Below are positions 1 through 12,622 of a DNA stretch of 64,000 nucleotides, piece by piece. Position 1 is the stretch's first letter, and each line of letters opens with the position of its first letter. The notes under the pieces were generated by a model. That model saw only the letters and a list, made by a program, of their open reading frames with translations, was not told where the DNA came from and ran no database searches. Location of the stretch: NCBI GenBank assembly GCA_964016885.1, contig OZ024744.1:125426001-125490000 (forward strand), given 5' to 3'. The DNA comes from Eledone cirrhosa (lineage: Eukaryota). The translations under genes were made by a program, and so were the position numbers.

Positions 1-448
1 ATGAATAATATAAACATTTGTTTATAATTAAAGCCTTAAGATGTCCCTCCCTCCCTCCCTTCCTCCCTTCCTTCCTTCCTTCCTTCCTTCCTTACGATAT
101 ACACTTTAATAACATTGAAACTTATTTAATAAGTTTAAATTTTAAACACTTTTTATTCAGACGTACCGCGATAAGTAACTAGATATGTTCTAACGAATAA
201 TCCGCGATGTGGCGAGGATTACCGCGATAGGAAATTAGATACGTTCCAAAGAAATATCCGCGAAAAGTGAACCGCGATATAGCGGGTTCACCAGCCAGTG
301 TATTACTGGTACTTTATTTTATCGACCCCCATAAGGATGAAAGGCAAAGTTAACTGTGCAATAACAAAGGGAGATAACCTCGTCTTTTTTTTTTTACGGA
401 GTTATTTCCCTTTAAATTTTATCTATTACTTATGATGATACAATTTAA

Positions 449-580
449 TCAGTTCTTAGCTGTCGAGACACTGCATCCTTTAAAACCTCCATGGAACAAG
501 CTACCTGCAACAGTTGTTAGCTGTCGAGACACTGCATCTTTTAAAACCTCCATGGAACAAACTACCTGCATCAGTTGTTA
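449..580 (+). mobile_element. Two ~61-bp tandem copies of a CR1-type LINE 3'-terminal ORF2 fragment (also 32450-32581)
   Basis: catggaacaa...cagttgttagctgtcgagacactgcatc matches the WNKLPASIVSCRDTASFK end of the 921-aa ORF. Confidence 0.8.
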
Positions 581-581
581 G

Positions 582-640
582 GGTCTGAGTTCAAATCACG
601 CCGAGGAGGTTAACTTTGCCTTTCATCCTTACGGGGTCGG
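582..640 (+). mobile_element. SINE fragment; related pieces at ~296-352(-), 5900-5970(-), 21945-22020(+), 25350-25440(+)
   Basis: Recurring core gttcaaatc...ttaactttgcctttcatccttacggggtcgataaaataaag with a B-box-like GTTCAAATC. Confidence 0.75.
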
Positions 641-849
641 TCGGAAAACGAACCATTCCCGGTTCGCTTTCGAAGCGGGTTTCCGAAAACAGCGCTTCTC
701 TCGACCGGGCCCGTCGTCCGCTCGGCGGTGGTTTTCATCGTCCCAGGCACGGCTAACAGGCGGAGACGGGACAAACGCGCGTGTTCCTTTTTTTATCAGC
801 CGCAGCGCCGTTCGTATATATGCTTAGGTTGTTTTTTTTTTAAATATCC

Positions 850-1080
850 TAAGTTAAGTTGGGGCTAAGTTAAGTTGGGGCTAAGTTAAGTTGAGGTTAA
901 GTTGAGTTGGGGTTAAGTTAAGTGGGGGTTAAGTTAAGCTGGGGTTAAGTTAAGTTGAGGTTAAGTTAAGTTGGGGTTAAGTCAAGTTGGGGTTAAGTTA
1001 AGTTGGGGTTAAGTTAGGTTGGGGTTAAGTTAGGTTGGGGTTAAGTTAAGTTGGGGTTAAGTTAGGTTGCGGTTAAGTTA
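850..1080 (+). repeat. 16-bp G-rich minisatellite (TTAAGTTAAGTTGGGG)n, ~14 copies (also 32851-33081)
   Basis: Direct reading. Confidence 0.9.
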
Positions 1081-4000
1081 CATTCGCCGCCGGACTTCAG
1101 CTTCCTCATTTAGCATGGGCAGTTTTTCTTGAAAATCACACCACACACAGCAAATGTGTGTCCGCACATGTACCAGTAATTACAGATCGATTCCGGTGAA
1201 AATTCACTGAAAACGGGCCATCCGGCCCTGTGCGTCGATCGTGGGCCGGCCGGATGTTGACGGATCGATGTGTAATTAGAAGTACATGTGCGGACACTCA
1301 TTGGCTGTGCGTGGTATGCATTTCAGCAAGATATCTCCGTAACATCAAGAGTTATGGCTGTGGAGGCACACCTAGTCAAACGTAAACAAGGTCTGGAGCG
1401 TTTACGCTTCGCGATTTTGTTTACGTTTGACTAGGTGTGCCTCCACAGCCACAACTCTTGATGTTACGGAGATATCTTGCTGAAATGCATACCGCGCACA
1501 GCCAATGAGTGTCCGCACATGTACTTCTAATTACACATCGATCCGTCAACATCCGGCCGGCCCACGATCGACGCACAGGGCCGGATGGCCCGTTTTCAGT
1601 GAATTTTCACCGGAATCTATCTGTAATTACTGGTACATGTGCGGAGACACATTTGCTGTGTGTGGTGTGATTTTCAAGAAAAACTGCCCATGCTAAATGA
1701 GGAAGCTGAAGTCCGCCGGCGAATGGTGTGCTTCGAAGAAAACTAATTCGAAAATGACCGTTTGCAGGCGGAGTAACCTTTTCGATCGTGGGCCAGCCGC
1801 CCGTGGTGGGATCCATCTGTAATTACTGGTACATGTGCGGACATACATTTGCTGTGTGTGGTGTGATTTTCAAGAAGAACTGCCCATGCTAAATGAGGAA
1901 GCTGAAGTCCGCCGGCGAATGGTGTGCTTCGAAGAAAACTAATTCGAAAATGACCGTTTGCAGGCGGAGTAACCTTTTCGATCGTGGGCCAGCCGCCCGT
2001 GGTGGGATCCATCTGTAATTACTGGTACATGTGCGGACATACATTTGCTGTGTGTGGTGTGATTTTCAAGAAGAACTGCCCATGCTAAATGAGGAAGCTG
2101 AAGTCCGCCGGCGAATGGTGTGCTTCGAAGAAAACTAATTCGAAAATGACCGTTTGCAGGCGGGGTAACCTTTTCGATCGTGGGCCAGCCGCCCGTGGTG
2201 GGATCCATCTGTAATTACTGGTACATGTGCGGACACACATTTGCTGTGTGTGGTGTGATTTTCGAGAAAGACTGCCCATGCTAAATGAGGAAGCTGAAGT
2301 CCGCCGGCGAATGGTGTGCTTCGAAGAAAACTAATTCGAAAATGACTATTTGCCGGCGGAATCACCTTTTCGGTCCTGGTCCGGCCGGATCTTGCCGGAT
2401 CGATCGGAAATTTGTGGACCATGTTCGGAAGGCCATTGTGCATGTGTGGTGAAAAAAATTTGTGTCGAAATCTTCTCGGAAAATAACGGATCGCCGGCGG
2501 AGATTGCCATTTCGATCGTGGGCCGGCCGGATCTTGTCGGATCGATTCGGACATATGTGCATCGTGTTCGCAAGGCCCTTGTCTATGTGTGGTGTGATTT
2601 TCATAAAGAAATTCCGAAAAACCCAGTTTTAAATCTGATTTCGCCAAAGAATTTTGGGTATCAGATCGGGTTGAAAGGTATGGTTTCAGGTCGATCTGAA
2701 AGTCTAAAATGGAATTCACTCGGTTAGCTAACTTTTGATATATCGGAGATATCTTTCTGAAAATCACACCACACACTCCCAATGAGTGTCTGCACATGTA
2801 CCAGTAATTACAGATGGATCCCACCACGGGCGGCCGGCCCACGATCGAAAAGGTTACTCCGAAGCACACCATTCGCCGGCGGAATTCATTTAGCATGGGC
2901 AGTTTTTCTCGAAAATCACACCACACACAGCCAATGAGTGTCCGCACATGTACCAGTAATTACAGATGGATCCCACCACGGGCGGCTGGCCCACGATCGA
3001 AAAGGTTACTCCGCCTGCAAACGGTCATTTTCGAATTAGTTTTCTTCGAAGCACACCATTCGCCGGCGGACTTCAGCTTCCTCATTTAGCATGGGCAGTT
3101 TTTCTCGAAAATCACACCACACACAGCAAATGTGTGTCCGCACATGTACCAGTAATTACAGATCGATTCCGGTGAAAATTCACTGAAAACGGGCCATTCT
3201 GCCCTGTGCGTCGATCGTGGGCCGGCCGGATGTTGACGGATCGATGTGTAATTAGAAGTACATGTGCGGACACTCATTGGCTGTGCGTGGTATGCATTTC
3301 AGCAAGATATCTCCGTAACATCAAGAGTTATGGCTGTGGAGGCACACCTAGTCAAACGTAAACAAGCTCTGGAGCGTATACGCTTCGCGATTTTGTTTAC
3401 GTTTGACTAGGTGTGCCTCCACAGCCACAACTCTTGATGTTACGGAGATATCTTGCTGAAATGCATACCACGCACAGCCAATGAGTGTCCGCACATGTAC
3501 TTCTAATTACACATCGATCCGTCAACATCCGGCCGGCCCACGATCGACGCACAGGGCCGGATGGCCCGTTTTCAGTGAATTTTCACCGGAATCGATCTGT
3601 AATTACTGGTACATGTGCGGACACACATTTGCTGTGTGTGGTGTGATTTTCACGAAAAACTGCCCATGCTAAATGAGGAAGCTGAAGTCCGCCGGCGAAT
3701 GGTGTGCTTCGAAGAAAACTAATTCGAAAATGACCGTTTGCAGGCGGAGTAACCTTTTCGATCGTGGGCCAGCCGCCCGTGGTGGGATACATCTGTAATT
3801 ACTGGTACATGTGCGGACACACATTTGCTGTGTGTGGTGTGATTTTCGAGAAAGACTGCCCATGCTAAATGAGGAAGCTGAAGTCCGCCGGCGAATGGTG
3901 TGCTTCGAAGAAAACTAATTCGAAAATGACTATTTGCCGGCGGAATCACCTTTTCGGTCCTGGTCCGGCCGGATCTTGCCGGATCGATCGGAAATTTGTG

Positions 4001-5248
4001 GACCATGTTCGGAAGGCCATTGTGCATGTGTGGTGAAAAAAATTTGTGTCGAAATCTTCTCGGAAAATAACGGATCGCCGGCGGAGATTGCCATTTCGAT
4101 CGTGGGCCGGCCGGATCTTGTCGGATCGATTCGGACATATGTGCATCGTGTTCGCAAGGCCCTTGTCTATGTGTGGTGTGATTTTCATAAAGAAATTCCG
4201 AAAAACCCAGTTTTAAATCTGATTTCGCCAAAGAATTTTGGCTATCAGATCGGGTTGAAAGGTATGGTTTCAGGTCGATCTGAAAGTCTAAAATGGAATT
4301 CACTCGGTTAGCTAACTATTGATATATCGGAGATATCTTTCTGAAAATCACACCACACACTCCCAATGAGTGTCTGCACATGTACCAGTAATTACAGATG
4401 GATCCCACCACGGGCGGCCGGCCCACGATCGAAAAAGTTACTCCGAAGCACACCATTCGCCGGCGGAATTCATTTAGCATGGGCAGTTTTTCTCGAAAAT
4501 CACACCACACACAGCCAATGAGTGTCCGCACATGTACCAGTAATTACAGATGGATCCCACCACGGGCGGCTGGCCCACGATCGAAAAGGTTACTCCGCCT
4601 GCAAACGGTCATTTTCGAATTAGTTTTCTTCGAAGCACACCATTCGCCGGCGGACTTCAGCTTCCTCATTTAGCATGGGCAGTTTTTCTTGAAAATCACA
4701 CCACACACAGCAAATGTGTGTCCGCACATGTACCAGTAATTACAGATCGATTCCGGTGAAAATTCACTGAAAACGGGCCATTCGGCCCTGTGCGTCGATC
4801 GTGGGCCGGCCGGATGTTGACGGATCGATGTGTAATTAGAAGTACATGTGCGGACACTCATTGGCTGTGCGTGGTATGCATTTCACTAAGATATCTCCGT
4901 AACATCAAGAGTTATGGCTGTGGAGGCACACCTAGTCAAACGTAAACAAGGTCTGGAGCGTTTACGCTTCGCGATTTTGTTTACGTTTGACTAGGTGTGC
5001 CTCCACAGCGACAACTCTTGATGTTACGGAGATATCTTGCTGAAATTCATACCACGCACAGCCAATGAGTGTCCGCACATGTACCTGTAATTACACATCG
5101 ATCCGACGACGGACAGAGTATTCGGTTTATTTTCTTGACATATTTCTTTACATATTGTCCAGGCATGCACTTTTTCCATGATTAGTTCTGTTGACGGCCC
5201 GCTTTCCAAAATACCTTATCCTGTGCAACGCCGGGTACCACTGCTAGT
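1081..5248. repeat. Complex palindromic satellite: 196-bp monomers in both orientations with three hairpin centres (~1403, ~3379, ~4963), ending in a Helitron-like 3' terminus
   Basis: Mirror-image ORF pairs 1110-1301(-)/1505-1696(+) and 3086-3277(-)/3481-3672(+). 196-bp period in 1607-2330. Ends cctgtgcaacgccgggtaccactgCTAG|T. Confidence 0.85.
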
Positions 5249-5647
5249 ATATATATGTGTATGTATATATATATATATATATTGGTAAACGGAATAGAAA
5301 ATTGTGACAAATTGTTCACAGTGAAAAATAGTTTAATTAGGAATAAGTGATAATTAGTAATAGTATTGGTTAGTATTAAGTTTTGGTTTTAAGTTTTACC
5401 GGTTGCGCATTTCTAATGCTTTTCAAAAATAATTTTGAGATAGAGCGTCCGTGATGTTTGCTCTGATCTGTATATATATATATATATATATAGACAAACA
5501 GTAGAAAGGAAAAAGATTTTTTCAGTAGAAATTGCTGAAGAGATTCTTTCAGTGTAATTTCAAAACATTAATTTATTTATAAAGTGGATATTTCCACATT
5601 TAATAATGGCACTGGGTTCAGCATTATATACATTGTCAATTGTGGAT

Positions 5648-5915
5648 TCTACTTTTGGCACAAGGGCTGCAATTATCCAGTACATTACTGGTACTTTATT
5701 ATTTATACAAATAATAATTGTTTCTACTTTTGGCACAAGGGCAGCAATTACCCAGTACATTACTGGTACTTTATTATTTATACAAATAATAATTGTTTCT
5801 ACTTTAGGCACAAGGTCAGCAATTACCCAGTACATTACTGGTACTTTATTATTTATACAAATAATAATTGTTTCTACTTTAGGCACAAGGTCAGCAATTA
5901 CCCCAGTACTTTATT
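5648..5915. repeat. 75-bp tandem repeat (~3.5 copies) built from SINE-associated sequence (also 37649-37916)
   Basis: 25-aa periodicity in the spurious ORFs. Runs into a SINE at ~5900. Confidence 0.85.
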
Positions 5916-6061
5916 TTATCGACCCCGTAAGGATGAAAGAAAAGTTAACCTCAACGGGATTTGAACTCAGTCTGTAAAGGGAGGTAACTGCTGGATTAAT
6001 TTGGTTAATTAAGTTAACAGAAATTATGAACCGGTTTCTACAGAGCCTTCTGGACATTTAA

Positions 6062-6282
6062 CCCTTTAGCATTTAAACCAGCCATACCTAGCCAGAATAC
6101 TCTCACATCTTTCTGTTCAAACCAGCCATAACTGGCCACTCATACTGACGTTAAGGTATTGTTCTCAATATAAATAATATCAAAATCTCATAGATTCGAT
6201 ATTATATGAGATAATTATGTAAGATAAAGCCTTTACCACAAAAATACAATAGTATATATAGAGTAATAAAAATGCTAAAGGG
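6062..6282. mobile_element. piggyBac-type MITE (also 38063-38283)
   Basis: 13-bp TIRs CCCTTTAGCATTT / AAATGCTAAAGGG, with TTAA on the left and TAAA on the right. Confidence 0.75.
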
Positions 6283-6589
6283 TAAAAGTAGCTTATTATT
6301 TTGTGAGCTCTTGCTACTTATTGCTCTTGTGCATCAAGAACATACACAGCTTACATTTTGTTGCTAATCTCACTGAGATCCAACTACATCTCTTGTTTAT
6401 CCATAGTTTGGAATTTCTACCTACTCCTTTCCTTTAGAATGATCAAGGCCATTTTCTTGTGGGGATCTAGGCCCTGTTTTCCTTTCTATTTTGCCAAGTT
6501 ATCTTACATCACTTTCATTCTAGACCATGCTTCCAGGTTTGGAATTTCTCCTCTAATTTTACCACAGATTAAGTGACAAGGGTTCAATC

Positions 6590-8250
6590 ATGTGCATACA
6601 GGAGTTCCCATGGACAGCCAGTAATATGTAATAGCCTGCAGGATGATAATAAACAGAAGAGGGTTAATTACAGAGCCCTGATAGAGGGTTAATAACAGAG
6701 CCCTGATAGACTTGTTCACTCAACTCCTCACTATAGCCATCATTACTTTTAACCTTACTGACTGCTCCTCCATACATGGCTTTTACTGCTCTCACAAGCC
6801 ACTCATATACCCCTAGTTTTCTAAGTTATACACCAGATTAGGGAAGGGGGAAGTCTCACAGAAGCTCTCTCTGGGTCAACAAATGCCAAGTAGAGGGGCT
6901 TATTTTAGCTAGGTACTACTCTTGCAGTTGCCACACAAGGAAGAGGACATCAGTGGTACTTTTACCTGGCACAAATCCAAACTTCATCTCATCTAGGTTA
7001 ACTTGGTCCCTAATCAGCTGTGTTATAAATCTAACACCTTCATGAAGTGGTCCATCTAATATCTCTATAGTTTTCTAGCTCTAGTACATCTCCTTTGCCC
7101 TTGTAGCAGTTGATGATGATGATACTACACCATTTATTTGGTATGACACCATTTTGTATTACATGCTGTACGATACCAGTGGTTAAGATGTGACCCACCA
7201 TCCCAGATACTTTCAGTATCTCAGCAACTATCACCAATGGACAAGATACTTTCTCTGTCTTCATATCCTTAATTACCTTACTTCATATCCTTAATTACCT
7301 TACTGCTTACTTGTATGGCTGGACCCTCTGTTGGGCCCACTTTCCGTAGACTATCTTCCTCCCATGCATTCTCCTCATTCAGTAATCTTTCATAAAGGCA
7401 TTTCCATGTTACAAAGGTTGGCTGAAAAGTTCATAGACTATCAATGATAGCATGATGCTAGAGCTGTGAAATCTTGCCTGCATTAATTTCAACTCTTCTT
7501 ATTAATAACTGCATTGTTTCCTTCCAGGGACTATGTTGAAAAATAAACCTCATTTGGTCATTCCATGAGTGTATCTTGGTATGCCTATGAACTTTTCAGC
7601 TGACCCTATTCAGCATCAGTGAGCCCAAATGCCCCATTATCATCCTGGACACACTTTACCCCAACATCACAATTTGCCCTCACACACTGCCTCACAATCC
7701 TGAACATCTCATGTATTTCATCCTCACATCATAAAACCAACTGAAATTATATATTCTCTGCTTCCCTCCTTGCAAAGAATACTTCTTGCCTAGCTTCCTG
7801 TAGTGTACCCTCCAGCTGCCTCCATTCTGCCATTATTCCATGCCTGTCTCTTGGCCTTAACTGTCTCATCTACCCTAGTGTTTCACCACCAAGATACTCT
7901 CCTCTCTGAAGCCCTGCTCCAGCCACAGATCTAGTTTGACACCTTCAGCAAAGGTTCTTTAAGGAACTCCCACTGTTCCCCTATATTGTATGTTTCTATT
8001 TGTTCTTCCTTACTGTTGTAAAGATCAAACAAAATATCTCTAAATTTGGAACTGGCTGAGGGGTCCTTTAACTTCCATATCCTTCTCCTCCAAGTTGCCC
8101 TCAGTCTTCAAGTTCATCTAAGTCTATGAAATCACTAACTACTGGGTTATGTTGGGAGGTGCATTCTTCCCCAGGGGGTGGGGATTGTGTGTTTACAAAT
8201 GTCAATATCTCATCTTCTGGTGAGGATAAAAATCTGACTGGCATGCTCCT
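6590..8250 (-). mobile_element. Decayed RTE-clade LINE fragment (also ~38591-40251)
   Basis: Minus-strand remnants such as IPNKWCSIIIINCYKGKGDVLELENYRDI plus FGFVPGKST- and AFVD-like RT motifs, with many stops and frameshifts. Confidence 0.8.
7412..7610. mobile_element. Mariner-like MITE nested in the RTE fragment (also ~39413-39611)
   Basis: Imperfect TIRs ggttggctgaaaagttcatag / ctatgaacttttcagctgacc, preceded by TA. Confidence 0.65.
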
Positions 8251-8321
8251 CTGACCAATAGGTGTTGAAGTGGTTGTCGGGTAAACGTTAAGACCCTCTG
8301 ATATACATATATATATATATA

Positions 8322-8400
8322 TACTAGCAGTGGTACCCGGCGTTGCACGGGATAACGTATTTCGGAACGCGGGCCGCCATCTTCCACTTCAGCCGGTCGC
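8322..8400 (-). mobile_element. Helitron-like 3' terminus on the minus strand (also ~40323-40401)
   Basis: Near-exact reverse complement of 5215-5249: short GC hairpin then CTAG|T, abutting (TA)n. Confidence 0.65.
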
Positions 8401-8679
8401 CCTAAAGTGTTGGCTATTCAGTCTACTTGAGGCCAGTTGGTGAGGGGGGGTAAAGCTTTCAGTGTGCTACTACCCTCACGGTCAAATAGAAAGGGAGAGG
8501 AAGAAAAGTCAGCGTTAATATCGTGCTACACGTTTGAAAGGTTGGATGACCTTAGAGTTCACCAGGGTGGGGGGTTCTAAAAGTATCTATCTTGGTATTT
8601 TATCTTAGAAGTAATCATTACAGAGTGTACTGGGTGTATTTTAGTGGGCAGTAATTCCATAAAGAACACAGTATAATCT

Positions 8680-9440
8680 GTGGACACAAGCCTTGCAGTG
8701 TGATTACAGGCAGGTTAATGGGAAAGATAGATTATATATGTGACATGATGTACATGAGAAGTGAGGACACAGACCACACATGAAATAGATTCCTACAACT
8801 GTCAGGGAGGCTCCCTAGAATTACAGATGACATATTTCAATATCTCGGTGATCAAGTTAGCAGTGGAGGAAGAATCTCTAAAAGTGTAATACCCAGGATA
8901 AGGACAGGCTGGAAGAAGTTTAGAGTACTGTTCCATCTGTTGACAACAAAGGGCTTCTCTCTCAGAATGGAGGCTAGACTGCTTGATACTTATGTGTGGT
9001 CTGCAATCTACACCCCAGCCATGCCCCTTCCACTACCACTCCTTAGCTATTTCTCTCCATTAATACTCCTCACATTTCAAGCAGTTTTCTCATCTCAATG
9101 AAAGAAAAATATTGGGCTCAAGAGAAGTCTTCAGTTATGCCATGGTGTGGCAACCTCCCTAGGGTTGGGCAGAGTGTAAATGAGAGTGAAATTAGGTATG
9201 AGAGGGATCATATGCAGTATACAAGAGAGTAGATTACATTGGTATGGTCATGTGATGGGTATAAAGGATGACAGCTGTATAAAAATGTGCTGGGCAATCA
9301 AAGTTGATGGAAGTTATGAAGGCGGAAGACCCAGGATGACCTGGGATGAGGTGATAAAAGATGACTTTGCACAATTGCAACTCTCAAAGACAATGACACA
9401 GGATAGAGATCTTGAGATGTATGCAGCAATACAGAAGGCC
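8680..9440 (+). mobile_element. Decayed RTE-clade LINE 3' region (also ~40681-41441)
   Basis: RLHWYGHVM...GGRPRMTWDEVIKDD is the typical RTE C-terminus. Upstream are YLGDQ and RIRTGWKKFR remnants. Confidence 0.8.
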
Positions 9441-9544
9441 TGCTTTCCAATGTGCACGGACTCAAACATACATCTAGTAGGCCCCTCCTAACCACTATAC
9501 TCCTTTCCAAACTCCCACACTCCCACTTCTGTACACACCACCTT

Positions 9545-10256
9545 TAGACTGTAAAGTGGTAGTGTACAAGTCACAACAAAAGCACCCAGTCCACTCTGTA
9601 AAGTTGATGTGTTGGTGTCATAACAAAAGGCACTCAGTCCACTCTGTAAAGAGGTTGTGTAAGTGTCACAACAAAGACATCTAGTCCACACTGTAAAGTG
9701 GTCATGTAGGTGTCACAACAAAAAGTACCAGTCATTATTGTAAAGTGGTTGTATAGGTGTCATAACAAAAAGCACCCAGTCGACACTGTAAAGTGGTTGT
9801 GTAGGTGTCAGAACCAAAAGCACCCAGTCCACACTGTAAAGTGGTTGTGTAGGTGTCATGACAAAAAGCACCTAGTCCACACTGTAAAGTGGTCATGCAG
9901 GTGTCATGACAAAAAGCACCCAGTCCTCACTGTAAAGTGGTCATGTAGGTGTCATGTCAAAAAGCACCCAGTCCACCCTGTAAAGTGGTTGTGTAGGTGT
10001 CATGATAAAAAGCACCCAGTCCACACAGTAAAGTGGTCATGTAGGTGTCACTAAAAAAGCACCCAGTCTACTCTGTAAAGTGGTCATGTAGGTGTCATGA
10101 CAAATAGCACCCAGTCCACCCTGTAAAGTGTTCATGTAGGTGTCATGACGGAGAGTAACCAGTCCACAATGTAAAGTAGCCATGTAGCTGTCACAACAAA
10201 GCACCCAGTCCACACTGTAAAGTGGTCATGTAGGTGTCATTTCAAAAAGCACCCAG
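9545..10256 (+). repeat. 48-bp minisatellite, ~15 diverged copies (also 41546-42257)
   Basis: Unit ctgtaaagtggttgtgtaggtgtcatgacaaaaagcacccagtccaca; 16-aa periodicity in ORF 9710-10054. Confidence 0.9.
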
Positions 10257-10335
10257 GTCCATGGCTTGGCCTGCTAACCGACGCTATACCCAAGTCGGTC
10301 GCCATGCTTTCCAGCATAGAGTTACGTCTCTTTAT

Positions 10336-10445
10336 GGTCTGAGTTCAAATCACGCCGAGGTTAACTTTGCCTTTCATCCTTACGGGGTCGATAAAATAAA
10401 GCACCAGTAATGTACTGGGGTCGATTTAATCGACTTTCCCCTCCT
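10336..10445 (+). mobile_element. SINE, longest copy of the family in the unit (also 42337-42446)
   Basis: ggtctgagttcaaatcacgccgaggttaactttgcctttcatccttacggggtcgataaaataaagcaccagt...ctggggtcgatttaatcgac. Confidence 0.8.
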
Positions 10446-10486
10446 CTGCCAAATGACACACACATGCATGGTTCGGGGGAACCTAC

Positions 10487-10546
<60 letters not shown>

Positions 10547-11425
10547 GTAGGTCACTGGTTGAGTCGGTATTAACCACAGTAACTAAGGTACTCAATACAT
10601 ATTAGATATAGGTGTCTTTCTAATTGCTGGCCTTGTTCATAAGGTATACACAAGTATGATGTGTGTCTGTTTAACTGTACGTGTGAAAACATCGCGAAAT
10701 TGCGCCTTTTAATATTTGAATATAAACAGTTAAAAAATAATTATTTTAGTAATTTTTAAATATCGATAATGTGTATATAAATATTAGAAATCAATTTAAT
10801 TAGTTCAGTAACATTACTCGGAGTTAAGATAAACCTTCATTTGAAGAAATTCGAGATTTGACCAAATAAATAGATTATGTGATCAATAAAAAAAATATGT
10901 ATACCCGCTTGAACGACGGGTTGCAGACAGTCAGGCATACAGACACATATTTTAAAGCGTGCGACGTTAAAAGTCTTACTCTCTCTCTTTTTAGATAGAT
11001 AGACTTAATTAAAGCAGTTTCACTCTCTCTATATTTCATCAGCTCCCTCTCTCTTAAATTGAAAGATTCATTAAGGCTGAAATAATCTAAACAGTAACAT
11101 CATTTTTCGCCAGCTCTAGCTTGCGTCCAGAGATATACACACACATATATATATATTTTTTTTGTTATCGAGTTGAGCTTTGCCAAGCATAGAATTCCAA
11201 ATTTGACCATCTCCACTGAAAATGTTCGTGAAATAGTCTTTAAGAAGCAATTTAATTTTTTCCAACTGAAACTGTAAGTATTTTAAAATTTATTTCAACA
11301 TGGTCTTAAAAGATTGTTGGCTTTTTTTAAATTCATAACTATTTACTATGAAATATAAATTATTAAATCCAATTTATTTGATAACCATGATTTGATTTTA
11401 TAATTACCTGAATCACGTTAACATG

Positions 11426-11466
<41 letters not shown>

Positions 11467-11724
11467 GTGTGTGTATATATATATATATATAATAATTGTT
11501 TCTACGTTACGCAGTGTATTACTGGTACTGTATTTTACGATATTAAATATTAAATATTAACTATTAGATATTAAATATTAAATATTAGATATTAGATATT
11601 AAATATTAAATATTAAATATGATATCCCTGAAATATATATAATGAAATAAATATGGTTTTATAAATGTAATTTCCATTTGTTTAATATCAAATATATATA
11701 TATATATATATGTATTTATGTATA

Positions 11725-11834
<110 letters not shown>

Positions 11835-12059
11835 GCAGACACAGACACAGAATATCGTATATATCACACACACACAATTAAGACTTGACGTGTTGCAGAC
11901 AGCCAGACATACAGAGAGATATTTTAAAGCGTGCGACCTTACATTTCTTACTCTTTCTCTTATCAAAAGAGAAAGAGTAATGCTAACACTTACGTCTACT
12001 TCACGCTCTCTTGAACCGTTACAGAAATTGCATCACATCTAATTATAACTTTGTACGTT

Positions 12060-12061
12060 TG

Positions 12062-12100
<39 letters not shown>

Positions 12101-12159
12101 GTGTGTGTGTATATATATATATATACGTGTGTGTGTGTATATATATACACACACACGTG

Positions 12160-12221
<62 letters not shown>

Positions 12222-12274
12222 AATACACACACACGTGTGTGTGTATATATATATATATATACACACACACACGG

Positions 12275-12355
<81 letters not shown>

Positions 12356-12445
12356 CACACACACGTGTGTGTGTATATATATATATACACACACACACGT
12401 GTGTGTGTATATATTTATATATATATATATACACACGTGTGTGTG

Positions 12446-12490
<45 letters not shown>

Positions 12491-12494
12491 GTGA

Positions 12495-12525
<31 letters not shown>

Positions 12526-12622
12526 CACGTGTGTGTGTGTATATATATATATATACACACACACGTGTGTATATATATATATATACATATATATATATAC
12601 ACACACACGTGTGTGTGTATAT
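12060..12622. repeat. Compound palindromic microsatellite (TA)n(CA)nCG(TG)n; continues at 15878-16150 on the other side of the LINE
   Basis: Direct reading. Confidence 0.95.

Noticed and set aside
160-292. ACCGCGATA repeats and hairpin resembling a DNA-transposon end
   Set aside because: No matching second terminus was found; too little evidence to call an element.
1110-5209. ORFs in the palindromic satellite (e.g. 270 aa at 2135-2947)
   Set aside because: Mirror and tandem repeat translations without recognisable domains.
9710-10054. Cys/His-rich repeat protein
   Set aside because: Translation of a 48-bp minisatellite with a GTG start; stops occur in neighbouring units.
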